Source: a virus (lineage: Duplodnaviria > Heunggongvirae > Uroviricota > Caudoviricetes). From it: a stretch of DNA of 36,121 bases. This document shows positions 17,092 to 26,539 of the stretch, piece by piece. The notes beneath the pieces were generated by a model. That model was not told where the DNA came from and made no database searches. It worked only from the letters and a program-made list of their open reading frames with translations. Positions within the stretch are counted from its first letter, which is position 1. Every line of letters begins with the position of its first letter. The translations under genes were made by a program, and so were the position numbers. The stretch lies in IMG/VR virus record IMGVR_UViG_2778261180_000005. One strand, given 5' to 3'.

Positions 17092-20000
17092 TTACCCTAA
17101 TTTAGCTTCAATTGCAGCAAGACGTTCACGAAGAAGTTTATTTTCTTCGCTCATTTCTTGGACCGCTTTAATTAAAAGCGCGTTCACTGCGGAGTTTGAA
17201 ATTGTTAAAATTTCTTCTGGGTTATCAAGAGATCCGACATTAGAAGTGCTAACAGCTTCCGGTAAAATTTCTTGTAAATCCTGTGCGATAATACCAATCT
17301 CATGTGCGATGACTTCTCTGTCAGAAAGAGACTTAACTTTATCGTAGGTTTTAACTTTTAGTTTATTTACCTTATCTACCGCATTTTCTTCGTAGTCTTC
17401 AACGTTAATTTTCAGACGACGGTCGGAACGAATATAAACATCGTTACAGTAAACCGACGCACTAGATGTGAAATCACCATTTGCAGCCCATGAATACCAG
17501 CCGCCTTTGTTCATATGCATCATTACGGTAGCTTGACCACCGCCAGCATGAACACCCATTGCCGCAAGATGATCAACACCCCAATGAGTTGCTTTCCAAA
17601 TTGAATATGCTTGGGTATGTGAATCCTGACAATCTAAGAGAATACCAGCAGGACGGTTGCGCCAGTCATCCCATGCACCACCAGAAACCTCACCACGGAT
17701 AAGAGCGTATTCACCATTATATGGAACACGTTCTCCCGCTTTAATCATTGCACCCTGGAAGTGATGACTAAATGAACCCCCATGATTATTTCGTATATGT
17801 AAAATACCATCATCTGTAGCCCAGATAACAGCCTTTTCCGATTCGCTGTCATCTCTAAACCAGATATGGCGTGCACCAGTTGAGTTTTTGATGGTTATTC
17901 CGGTAGGTCCATGCACGGTCAAAGCACCAGCTACATCAAATAAAACGGTGTTATCTGTTCTACGTTCAGTATAGAAGTGATAACCTTTGGAATCGCCGAT
18001 TTCCATTACTGCCGCGCGTCCAACTTCTGAATTTCCCCAATTGTTGATAGAGAATCGTTCAGAGCTATTATTCATCTGATTTAGGTATAATGTACCGTCA
18101 GTGAATGTTTCGCCAAAGAATCTAGTTTTAATGCTATTGGTTCCGGTGCGTTCAAATTCGGCTAAAAATCCTTTTGAGTCACGAAGACTTAAAACGTTAT
18201 TTCGACCTGTATTGCTTGCCCCCCAATGGACGAGTTCCATATAGTCCATAGATTGACGAGAACCAGATTTAAATAAAAGGTTGTCTTCGAGACGAGTGCT
18301 ACCATCAATTCCCAGGTGCAAACAACGAGCGGTTTCAGTACCACCTAAATATAGTCCACCATCATCAAAATTATAGCTGAATGGTCTGCGATTATTCCAA
18401 CTACCAAAAGAATCTTTTAAATTGGTAGTAAGAATATGGAAGCTAGAACCGTCATTGCGTAACATCAAACCATAGTTACCGCCTTTAACAGCCAAACGAG
18501 CATTTTCAGATAATGCAACTTCGCTATTCATTACAATTTTCTGGCCTTTACCACCAGTAATATGTAATTCACCGTCTTCGATCAAATTTATCGAGTTTTG
18601 ACCGTTATCGTTCCACCAAATAAAATCTTTGGTCGTCAAATCACCAAAACCAAACCAGCCATTACGAACATCTTGACCAGTGCGATAATCCATAAAATTA
18701 AAATGGCTTGCTTCGTTTGGTCCTCGACGAATATCAATACCAGCATTAGAACCGGAACCTAAGCCACCATCGATGGTCAATCTACGAATATGCAAACCGG
18801 TTACAGCCGAAAGCAATAATTGTTGGGTTACATCGGTATATCCAGTAGCAAGACGATAATTTTGGTCATCAACACTTTCGTGCCAGATAGTGGCAGGAGC
18901 AGAACTACGGAAGCGACGCAACATCTTTTTAGCATTTGTCGGTTGTTCGTTCATATGCTCAATGTCGTATTGGCCTTGATGGTTTCCAGCAAAATTTAAC
19001 GTTCCACGGTTGCTAAAGTTATTGAACGATGAAATGTTAAGAGCATCAAAAATTTCATCTGCAACAGGTTTTTCACCACCCAGATATTCAGGAGTATCCA
19101 ACAGGTTTAAAGAAACACCACCGGAAGAAACTTGATATTCTGCTAAAACAAATCCTGTATGTGCACCGTAGTAAGCGTAAAGATCGTAATTATCACCATC
19201 GGTTGGAATAGCGCAAAAATGTTGTTCATAATGCCAAATAGTATAATACGCATTGAATACAACACCTTTCGGGCTATTGTTGCCGCATCGAATCACCAAT
19301 TCGATAATATTGGCTTGTCCATTCATCCCGACGTTATAACCGTTACCACCAACCAAACGGATCTTAGCGGTGCGACCGTGTTGCTGTGGCATTGTCAAAG
19401 TGCCTAGTTTAAACCAACCACCCTCGATCCCAAAATTAAGCGTCTTCTGGAACAGTCGGTCAATTTCTGCTTTCGAATATGCGCCAATTTCAGCCGGAGT
19501 AGGTTTATCGCCTTCATGATACATGCGGTGAGAATATGACAAGTTACCCAATTCATCGTAGCCGTATGTTCTTACCGTATGAACCGGATTAGACCCATAA
19601 GTGAACTCAAAGCCACGAGCATGATTAACACCAGATGGATGCGGAACATGCAAGATCATTGCAATATGACCCGCCAGGTCATTCATGCGGAATGCACCAA
19701 AGTAGTCAAGATTACGCGCACTCGGATCATCAAAATAGTTTGCGGTCTTAGACAACAAATAACCATCAGTATAAGTGTTTACGTGTTTTTTGATGTACTT
19801 GCCATCACTCGATCCGTCGGCTGCATCAATACGGCTTTCTAAGCGTGCCAGTTCAGAATCAGTGTAAGACTTGTTATTGTCAACTTTGCTATGAATTGCT
19901 GAATTTTTGGCTTCAACATCACGGGTTAATGCTGCGACGTTATCCGCTGCCTCTTGCTTATTAGCCGCAATCACACCAGTAAGGTTATTGTAGGTGTCAG

Positions 20001-20613
20001 TTAACTGATTTTCCGCATAGACTTTATTTGCTGCGATAGTGCGGTCAGTTTCTGTCTTAATCAGATCAACTTTGTCATTGATTGCTTTGTCATTACTTGC
20101 GATTGTCGCGTCGGTACGGGATTTAATATCATCAACTTTTTTATTGATGCGGGTGTCCAGTTCCTGAGTTGCTACAGCAGCCGCATTTTTATTAGCGTTG
20201 ATGGTATCCGACAATTCAGCTTTAACACCAGCAAGATCGGAAGCAGCTTTATTTTTATTAGCTTCGATTGTCGCGTCGGTTTCGCGTTTAATTACATCAA
20301 CTTTATTGTTAATTTCTGCATGATTTGCTGCGATAGTAGAATCAGTAGTTTGTTTAATTTCATCTACTTTAGCGTGAATATTGCGGTCATTTACTGCAAT
20401 TGTGCTATCCAATTCTTGTTTGTTAGCATCAACTTTAGATTCTAGTGCCGCGTGAGTTTCAGGAGAAACAGAGATTTGAACTACTTCATGATCTCGGTCT
20501 TTGGTAAAAATAACATGGTCTTTAAGGTTGATTGCCACCTCACCGACCTGTAATTGTTCCGGCGTTGGCTTTTTGCCAGAAACATTAGTTCGTTTAAATT
20601 GGATTGATTGCAT
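17092..20613 (-). CDS. side tail fibre with C-terminal intramolecular chaperone (peptidase S74-like) domain, 1173 aa
   Basis: N-terminus KPTPEQLQVGEVAINLKD; about six ~22-aa repeats (KVDxIKxxTDxTIxAN); C-terminus SDRRLKINVEDYE...GIIAQDLQEILPEAV typical of autocleaving fibre chaperone domains; GAGGTGA SD. Confidence 0.85.
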   Translation of the reverse strand: MQSIQFKRTNVSGKKPTPEQLQVGEVAINLKDHVIFTKDRDHEVVQISVSPETHAALESKVDANKQELDSTIAVNDRNIHAKVDEIKQTTDSTIAANHAEINNKVDVIKRETDATIEANKNKAASDLAGVKAELSDTINANKNAAAVATQELDTRINKKVDDIKSRTDATIASNDKAINDKVDLIKTETDRTIAANKVYAENQLTDTYNNLTGVIAANKQEAADNVAALTRDVEAKNSAIHSKVDNNKSYTDSELARLESRIDAADGSSDGKYIKKHVNTYTDGYLLSKTANYFDDPSARNLDYFGAFRMNDLAGHIAMILHVPHPSGVNHARGFEFTYGSNPVHTVRTYGYDELGNLSYSHRMYHEGDKPTPAEIGAYSKAEIDRLFQKTLNFGIEGGWFKLGTLTMPQQHGRTAKIRLVGGNGYNVGMNGQANIIELVIRCGNNSPKGVVFNAYYTIWHYEQHFCAIPTDGDNYDLYAYYGAHTGFVLAEYQVSSGGVSLNLLDTPEYLGGEKPVADEIFDALNISSFNNFSNRGTLNFAGNHQGQYDIEHMNEQPTNAKKMLRRFRSSAPATIWHESVDDQNYRLATGYTDVTQQLLLSAVTGLHIRRLTIDGGLGSGSNAGIDIRRGPNEASHFNFMDYRTGQDVRNGWFGFGDLTTKDFIWWNDNGQNSINLIEDGELHITGGKGQKIVMNSEVALSENARLAVKGGNYGLMLRNDGSSFHILTTNLKDSFGSWNNRRPFSYNFDDGGLYLGGTETARCLHLGIDGSTRLEDNLLFKSGSRQSMDYMELVHWGASNTGRNNVLSLRDSKGFLAEFERTGTNSIKTRFFGETFTDGTLYLNQMNNSSERFSINNWGNSEVGRAAVMEIGDSKGYHFYTERRTDNTVLFDVAGALTVHGPTGITIKNSTGARHIWFRDDSESEKAVIWATDDGILHIRNNHGGSFSHHFQGAMIKAGERVPYNGEYALIRGEVSGGAWDDWRNRPAGILLDCQDSHTQAYSIWKATHWGVDHLAAMGVHAGGGQATVMMHMNKGGWYSWAANGDFTSSASVYCNDVYIRSDRRLKINVEDYEENAVDKVNKLKVKTYDKVKSLSDREVIAHEIGIIAQDLQEILPEAVSTSNVGSLDNPEEILTISNSAVNALLIKAVQEMSEENKLLRERLAAIEAKLG
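20010..20470 (-). repeat. in-frame tandem coding repeats within the side-fibre gene
   Basis: Recurrent DNA blocks (such as CGATTGTCGCGTCGGT...ATCAACTTT) encoding the KVDxIK..TDxTIxAN repeats; coordinates approximate. Confidence 0.6.
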
Positions 20614-20688
20614 CTAATCACCTCACATAAAACAGGAATAAGGGAGGCGTTAACCTCCCCGCGTCATGTTTTATTTAGGAAGTGAATA

Positions 20689-21522
20689 CTAGAACTCACC
20701 GAAGTCGATCCGGTCATGGATAGAAACGGCTTCAATCTCGGCTGGTGTCGGTTTTTCTTCTGTGGAATACACTTTCACCCATCCCGAATTACCGTCTTTC
20801 TGGACTGTGCGAACTCGTAAACGTGGTGCGCCGGAAGCGGTGCAAGTTAATTGCCATCCACCATCTTCATTAGGTTGAACGTGAATTAGTGAAGTATCAG
20901 CACTAAATGGATTAGATGCGCTCGATCCCTGATAAGTTACGAAACGGTTTCCGGCTAATGCTTCACTATCAATCGGACCAGTGAATGGATGTACACCAGC
21001 ACCAATACCAAAATCACCTTGTCGCAGAATTTTTCCCTCGGTCGCTATACCCCTTGCTAGAATCCCGCCATCTGGTTCAAGTTTAAATTCCAGTGTTACA
21101 GCTTTGTTATCACTACCACGGGTTTTATGTGATGTGACGTAAGCATCATAGATGACATAGTAACCAGTGTTAGCAGCACTATAGCCAGAGTTCACAACAT
21201 AGAACATACGGAAGCGTAAAGGTGTTTTATCCTCTACCGCTTTCATCAACATTGCTTGATGTTCGTCATCCAGAACACGGTTTAACGTGAGTGTCGTCGG
21301 TTCCAGTTTACGATAACCAGCAAGTTTCCCCGTAGCGTCCTGATCATACTCTTCTAACGTCTGGATATCTGTAGATTCGGTTATCGTCGGGAATGCTGCG
21401 ATGTTCTCGATAGGACTAAATGCAGGATCGAAAAAGTCCGGCTGGTTATCCACCATAGTAGACACGGAGACTTCAACATGCGACCCCGTGAAAATGTCTA
21501 AGTTATCTTGTGTAATATTCAT
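20689..21522 (-). CDS. structural protein (277 aa), possibly fibre-associated
   Basis: AAGGGG SD; C-terminal EEKPTPAEIEAVS shares the KPTPAEI motif with the side fibre (DKPTPAEIGAYS). Confidence 0.55.
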   Translation of the reverse strand: MNITQDNLDIFTGSHVEVSVSTMVDNQPDFFDPAFSPIENIAAFPTITESTDIQTLEEYDQDATGKLAGYRKLEPTTLTLNRVLDDEHQAMLMKAVEDKTPLRFRMFYVVNSGYSAANTGYYVIYDAYVTSHKTRGSDNKAVTLEFKLEPDGGILARGIATEGKILRQGDFGIGAGVHPFTGPIDSEALAGNRFVTYQGSSASNPFSADTSLIHVQPNEDGGWQLTCTASGAPRLRVRTVQKDGNSGWVKVYSTEEKPTPAEIEAVSIHDRIDFGEF

Positions 21523-21531
21523 TATTACCCC

Positions 21532-21954
21532 TTAAAAACGCGCTAGATAAGAAAATTTAAGGCTAAGTGTCCCAACGATACCACCATCACTAGAATCATC
21601 GTCATAATCGGTATTAGAGGCTACTGGAGTGATATCTGAAATTGAGAAGCCCAAATCTTTAAAACGTGGGTTATCCGGCTGAATCTGGATTATCTGGCAA
21701 ATACCCTCATGAATTTTTGTTTCATGAATCTGAGAATATAATTGCATTTCGATAACACATTCAGCTTGCATTGCATTACCGCCACGAACACGCGTGTAAG
21801 TCTCATTCATTCCGGTGATCCAACAAACCACGTCATCACTAAAGCCTTGCTGAGTTTGTTCTACGTTTAAAGCCAGACCTAAATCTTGTTCGATAATATC
21901 TTGCAAGGCGCGTTTGATTTTCAGTCTAGGCATGTTATTAACGGTAGCGAGCAT
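21532..21954 (-). CDS. head-tail joining/neck-region protein (140 aa), hypothetical
   Basis: Start moved to ATG at 21954 (GGGGG SD); overlaps the upstream gene by 17 nt. Confidence 0.5.
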   Translation of the reverse strand: MLATVNNMPRLKIKRALQDIIEQDLGLALNVEQTQQGFSDDVVCWITGMNETYTRVRGGNAMQAECVIEMQLYSQIHETKIHEGICQIIQIQPDNPRFKDLGFSISDITPVASNTDYDDDSSDGGIVGTLSLKFSYLARF

Positions 21955-22228
21955 GTGTACCCCCTGCCAGAGTAATAAAGCAATCAGAAGTATTATCACC
22001 ATTGCGCTTAACGTATTGAACTTTGAAACGCTGATTTTCTACAATGACAATATCACCCTGCTTTAAGTCTCCCTCACGACAAAATAGAAATTCTGTTTCT
22101 GTCATTACCCCTTGTTCGTCGGTAGTAGTAATTTCATGATAAGCACGAATTGATTTACCACCTTCCACCGAAAATACAGGAGCACTTCGGAACATTCTTG
22201 ATAATTGTGATTCTGATAATTTGAACAT
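21938..22228 (-). CDS. head completion/connector-region protein (96 aa), hypothetical
   Basis: AAGGGGG SD; first gene after the capsid gene. Confidence 0.55.
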   Translation of the reverse strand: MFKLSESQLSRMFRSAPVFSVEGGKSIRAYHEITTTDEQGVMTETEFLFCREGDLKQGDIVIVENQRFKVQYVKRNGDNTSDCFITLAGGTHARYR

Positions 22229-22257
22229 AGTTACCCCCTTTATGGAGTATTTACATA

Positions 22258-22285
22258 CAAAAAAGCCCCACCGTTAGGCAGGGCT
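22258..22285 (-). terminator. partial terminator in the 200-nt structured region downstream of the capsid gene
   Basis: AGCCC...GGGCT stem followed by a U-run on the minus strand; further hairpins at 22308..22322 and 22384..22402. Confidence 0.45.
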
Positions 22286-22425
22286 AATTATTATTTTGCT
22301 TTCGGTGGACGTCCCACCTTTTTAGCTGTGGCTTTCGCCGTAACCGTCTGGGATTCTTCTTCCTGAGATGGAATCAGATTTTCTTCCCCCAAATCGGGGG
22401 AAGGTACAGAAGGTTCTACGCTAGT

Positions 22426-24405
22426 TCATTCGGAGATGTGAAGAACTTTCAGAGCTTCCGGCTGGGTTACAACATAGTCCAGATCTACCCAGATACGCGG
22501 AACGATAGCGGACTGTGCACGGTAGGTGGTGTCGTCCATATCCAGTTCCAGACCGCCCCACTCACCGATAGTAATACCGGAGAAGTCACCCAGAACGATG
22601 TGATCTGCCGGGATAACACCAGAAGTAACTACATCGTAACCAGCCAGTTTGCCGTTTTCGATGATATAACCGGAAACACCGTTATCTTTCAGGGTAGATT
22701 CCAGTTCAGCAGCAGTTGCACCGCTCATCGCAAACTTGATCGCCTGAGCAGGAACGCCAGCGTCGGTCAGTGCTGCAATTTCTTTCAGGAAGTCTTTGTA
22801 GCTGAAAGCGGCTTTCTTAGTAACACGGCTTGCATCAACCAGTTGTTTAACCAGACCAGCAGGACCGCGCTCATTGTCTTTGTCAGACAGAATCAGTTGT
22901 TCCAGTTTGATGCGAACAGCCTGGTTGATGTGATCAGTGATCAGGGTAGCGATACCCGGAACGGTTTTAATGCTCTGACGGCTGATCGGGTTGCCACCAG
23001 CAAAAGTCTTAGGAGACAGTTTCACGTTTGCAAATTCAGCTTTGCCTTCCGGTGCAGCACCGTTTTCATCAACGAAGCCGAAAGCGTCAACGCTGGATTT
23101 AGTCATTTTTGGAATAGCGGTCGGAGCAGTCAAGCCACTGTAAACAGTCACACCCAGACGACCCAGAACGGATTCCGGCATCAGCATTTCGATGTAGGAT
23201 TCAGTCAGCAGTTTTTCGTCGGTGATAGCAGTCAGGTCAGCTTTGGTGTTACCAGCAGCAGCAGCACGCATAGCAGCAGCAGGAACGAATACAGAGCCAC
23301 CACGAGCAGCACGACCACGCTGCATAGTTGCAGTAGCAGCCATTGCGGAATATTCAGCTTCATGAGCGCCGAGCACGTCGCCATCTACCAGGGAGCGGAT
23401 TACGTTATTAAGATCGAAAGTTTTTTCCATTTTAGAGTCCTTAATTTGTTGTTCGTTGTTACGTTGAGCAGTAGCGATTTTATTTAGTGCCTTAGTGCGG
23501 AATGCTTCCGGCGTCATGTCTTTAATTGCTAATGCGCGTTTCAATTCTTCGTCATCAATATTTAGTTCGCGTGCAATTTCGCGAATTTCTAATTCGTCTT
23601 CTTCGGAACGTTCAGCCACTTCTTCGATTTTTTCTTCTTCAATCGGAGCGGCTTCACGTTCTTCTTTTACTTCTTCTGCTTCCCGAACAGTTGAACTATC
23701 ATCATCAACACTTTCAGGATGTTCAGCGTCTTTTCCGTCTTCGAGATTTTCATCTTCTTTATTCTCTTCAACTTTCGGTTCTTTATTTTCTTCTACCGGA
23801 GTTTCTTCAACCTGAGCGGGTTCTTGTTCTTCTTTGATTTCTTCGATTTGTTCTTTAGTCATATCGCGTTTAGCCTCCAAATTAACTGTGATAGTATTTA
23901 GAGAGCGATTTAAACCGACCGTATCGTCAGCAGGAACTGTCACAAATGAAATTTCAAAGGGTGCCCACTTAGTAACAATCAATTGTCCTTTAGCGTAATC
24001 GATGTGATACTCTTTAATGTCATAGCCGACCGATATTTTTTCCATCGTACCTTCAATGACTTTATTACGAATATCATTAGCCAAAGTCCCATGCTTAGAG
24101 AATTTAACCAGAGCACGGCCTACGTTATCCGCATCGATTCGAGCGTTACAGACAACACCAATGTGATTATCGAAATTATGATTGAACAGCAACGGAGCGT
24201 TATTATTCAGGCGAGACAGATCAACCGCTTCCGGTGTATGTACCAGAATTTCATCTAATACCACCATTTCTTGATTTTGCTCATCCCAGAATTGGCGCTG
24301 GTAAGGCTGGGTACTGGAGAAAGCAATTTCAAATTCGTATTGATCGTTATGCCCTTCGTTAATAACTCCACCGTAACCGTTAAGATCGCGGCGAAATTTA
24401 AGCAT
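22426..24405 (-). CDS. prohead protease - scaffold - major capsid protein fusion (659 aa)
   Basis: N-terminal HK97-type prohead protease motifs (LLFNHNFDNHIGVV, KISVGYD, EISFVTVPAD); acidic linker; C-terminal HK97-fold capsid-like region; host-like codon usage; AAGGTGA SD. Confidence 0.8.
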   Translation of the reverse strand: MLKFRRDLNGYGGVINEGHNDQYEFEIAFSSTQPYQRQFWDEQNQEMVVLDEILVHTPEAVDLSRLNNNAPLLFNHNFDNHIGVVCNARIDADNVGRALVKFSKHGTLANDIRNKVIEGTMEKISVGYDIKEYHIDYAKGQLIVTKWAPFEISFVTVPADDTVGLNRSLNTITVNLEAKRDMTKEQIEEIKEEQEPAQVEETPVEENKEPKVEENKEDENLEDGKDAEHPESVDDDSSTVREAEEVKEEREAAPIEEEKIEEVAERSEEDELEIREIARELNIDDEELKRALAIKDMTPEAFRTKALNKIATAQRNNEQQIKDSKMEKTFDLNNVIRSLVDGDVLGAHEAEYSAMAATATMQRGRAARGGSVFVPAAAMRAAAAGNTKADLTAITDEKLLTESYIEMLMPESVLGRLGVTVYSGLTAPTAIPKMTKSSVDAFGFVDENGAAPEGKAEFANVKLSPKTFAGGNPISRQSIKTVPGIATLITDHINQAVRIKLEQLILSDKDNERGPAGLVKQLVDASRVTKKAAFSYKDFLKEIAALTDAGVPAQAIKFAMSGATAAELESTLKDNGVSGYIIENGKLAGYDVVTSGVIPADHIVLGDFSGITIGEWGGLELDMDDTTYRAQSAIVPRIWVDLDYVVTQPEALKVLHISE

Positions 24406-24450
24406 TTAATCACCTTTAATTAATTGGGGGCATTGCGCCCCCGTTGGTTA

Positions 24451-25962
24451 TTAGGGATCGGCTGGGGAATTTTTTTCTTCACCCTCGCCATTAACGATAA
24501 TATTTAGTGCGCTCTTTTCGGCTTGAATCTCTGAGAATACTTTTTCAGGATCATCACCACGTTCCAATATAACGGCAGTACGTGATTTAAGTCCGTTATC
24601 AATTAAAGCAATCTCGGCGCTTACGTCTTTAAATGGATCGACGGATTCAAAACGCGGACGGATAATAGTTGTATTATCGATAATATGCGGAATTGCAGTA
24701 ATACGAATCGGAACAATACCACGCGCGGAATAATGGCGTAGATATGCTTCGAAAATTGGCAATACCACTGTTTCAATTAATTTGTTTTGCAGTGCTTTAA
24801 CTCGTGTGCGCTGGGTTAATTCACCAAAACGTGCGGCTGAGTAGTTGATCTGGGAAGTGTCACCAGTCAAGCCCTGTTTAAACACGCCTAAGCCCATTGA
24901 TACGCTAGTAAACATCGCATCATTGAAGCTGTTAAAATCATCGCCTGATTGAGTAGATTGGATTGATTTAATCGTTGCCCCTTCCGGTAATTCCTGAATA
25001 GTACCTGGCGCGAAATCGTGAATAACTTCTGGCGCTTGATATTGTTCATCATCTTCACCAGTATCAAAATCGTCACCAGAATCTTTCGGACGCTCGATGA
25101 ACGCCATGTTACAAGCTGAAATTCGTTTCATGACCAGTACAGCTTCGCGGAATGCGTCTTGATGTGCGATATCCTTAATCACTGGCAGGAAGTCAGTCAC
25201 ACCACGTAAACTTTCCGCGCACAGTGGCTGGTAGTAGTGGCACACCTGAGAAGCATCTACGCGATAATTTTCGCCAGTGTAGGTCTGAGTCAGTAGATTG
25301 ATTTTTCTAAACCAGTATGCTACAGGGCGCATTGTGTCTACGTCATACTCAATCCCCTGATAGATCGCACGTTCTTTGCTTATTTCACGACTAAGCGACC
25401 AGTCGCACCTATCAGCAGACAGAATAGAAACTTGTAACTCATTGTTCTCTTTGGTTAAAACGATGAAGCATTCTCCACCCTGAACACGTTCAGATTCTGC
25501 CATTGCCAGCATTTCACGGAAGTTAAAGCGACCGTTGCGAGAGAAGCGTTTAGCACTCTGCGCCCACTTCCAGAAAGCATTCTCGATCTGCTTATTCAGT
25601 GCGGTGTCAAGTTTGCCATTTGATTTAACGATTGATGGTTTCGGATCAAGCCCCGTACCAACAACTTGGTCAACGATATACTGCTTGTATCGCTTACCTA
25701 CAGCATTGTTTATAGCCAGAGTACGACCCTGATCATAAAGGCGCTTACCGTTCGATTTGAGAGCCTTATTGAAGGTTCCTGTAATGGTGTCTTGTTGAAG
25801 CTGTCCATCAATGCGATCACCGACTAAGCCCAAAGAACGCTTAGACAAATCTTTCTGGAATTTTTCTACTTGTTTGTCGATAAAGATTTTTTGTTGTTGC
25901 TGGCGGTGATTAGTTTTAACTGGAGTTTCTACCGCCTTTTTGCGTCGAAAAAGATTAAACAT
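24451..25962 (-). CDS. portal protein (503 aa)
   Basis: Size and position between terminase and capsid; AAGGGG SD. Confidence 0.65.
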   Translation of the reverse strand: MFNLFRRKKAVETPVKTNHRQQQQKIFIDKQVEKFQKDLSKRSLGLVGDRIDGQLQQDTITGTFNKALKSNGKRLYDQGRTLAINNAVGKRYKQYIVDQVVGTGLDPKPSIVKSNGKLDTALNKQIENAFWKWAQSAKRFSRNGRFNFREMLAMAESERVQGGECFIVLTKENNELQVSILSADRCDWSLSREISKERAIYQGIEYDVDTMRPVAYWFRKINLLTQTYTGENYRVDASQVCHYYQPLCAESLRGVTDFLPVIKDIAHQDAFREAVLVMKRISACNMAFIERPKDSGDDFDTGEDDEQYQAPEVIHDFAPGTIQELPEGATIKSIQSTQSGDDFNSFNDAMFTSVSMGLGVFKQGLTGDTSQINYSAARFGELTQRTRVKALQNKLIETVVLPIFEAYLRHYSARGIVPIRITAIPHIIDNTTIIRPRFESVDPFKDVSAEIALIDNGLKSRTAVILERGDDPEKVFSEIQAEKSALNIIVNGEGEEKNSPADP

Positions 25963-25972
25963 GATTTACCCC

Positions 25973-26467
25973 TTATCGCGTAAGACGTACTTTAATATTT
26001 TTAATCGGGCTAATTCCCTGTTTACGTCGTTCGGCTTGAATTAATTTAGACAGTTGACGTTCATAATCAGTCTTTAATTGCTGGAGAACACCTAATGACT
26101 CATAGGCGAAAGTATTCCCTTTCACGGTCATTTGAGATAATGCGGCTTCGTCCCCAGATAAACGGGCGAAAATAACTTGCTCGATTAAGGCGATAGTTTC
26201 CCGCAGATATTCTTTTTTGGATTGTTTGGCGAATACTGGCAAAACAGTTAATTCCTGCATTGATACCAGTTCATCATCCAAAGTTATTACGATGGTATAT
26301 TTACCTTCGGCAAAATCTAAGGTTTTAATCTCATGATTAGCCGGAGTATCATCAACCTGATAAATGATACCTTTACTATTTCCTACCTGAATTGTTACAC
26401 CCTCTTCATTCGCCAGCGTGATTTTTTCGCCTTTACGAATTACTAAGGGAATTAGTTCTAAACTCAT
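25973..26467 (-). CDS. hypothetical head-associated protein (164 aa)
   Basis: Lies between the large terminase and portal genes; AAGGGG SD. Confidence 0.55.
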   Translation of the reverse strand: MSLELIPLVIRKGEKITLANEEGVTIQVGNSKGIIYQVDDTPANHEIKTLDFAEGKYTIVITLDDELVSMQELTVLPVFAKQSKKEYLRETIALIEQVIFARLSGDEAALSQMTVKGNTFAYESLGVLQQLKTDYERQLSKLIQAERRKQGISPIKNIKVRLTR

Positions 26468-26539
26468 AATTACCCCTTATTTAATTGTTATTGGATTAAC
26501 AATATTTAGGAGTAAGCCGCCCCGAAGGACGGCGAGTTA

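Noticed and set aside
22438-23487. 349-aa plus-strand ORF (and shorter ones at 23495..23901)
   Set aside because: Antisense to the capsid fusion gene; low-complexity Ser/Phe/Leu-rich translation typical of the reverse strand of an acidic, codon-biased gene; no RBS.
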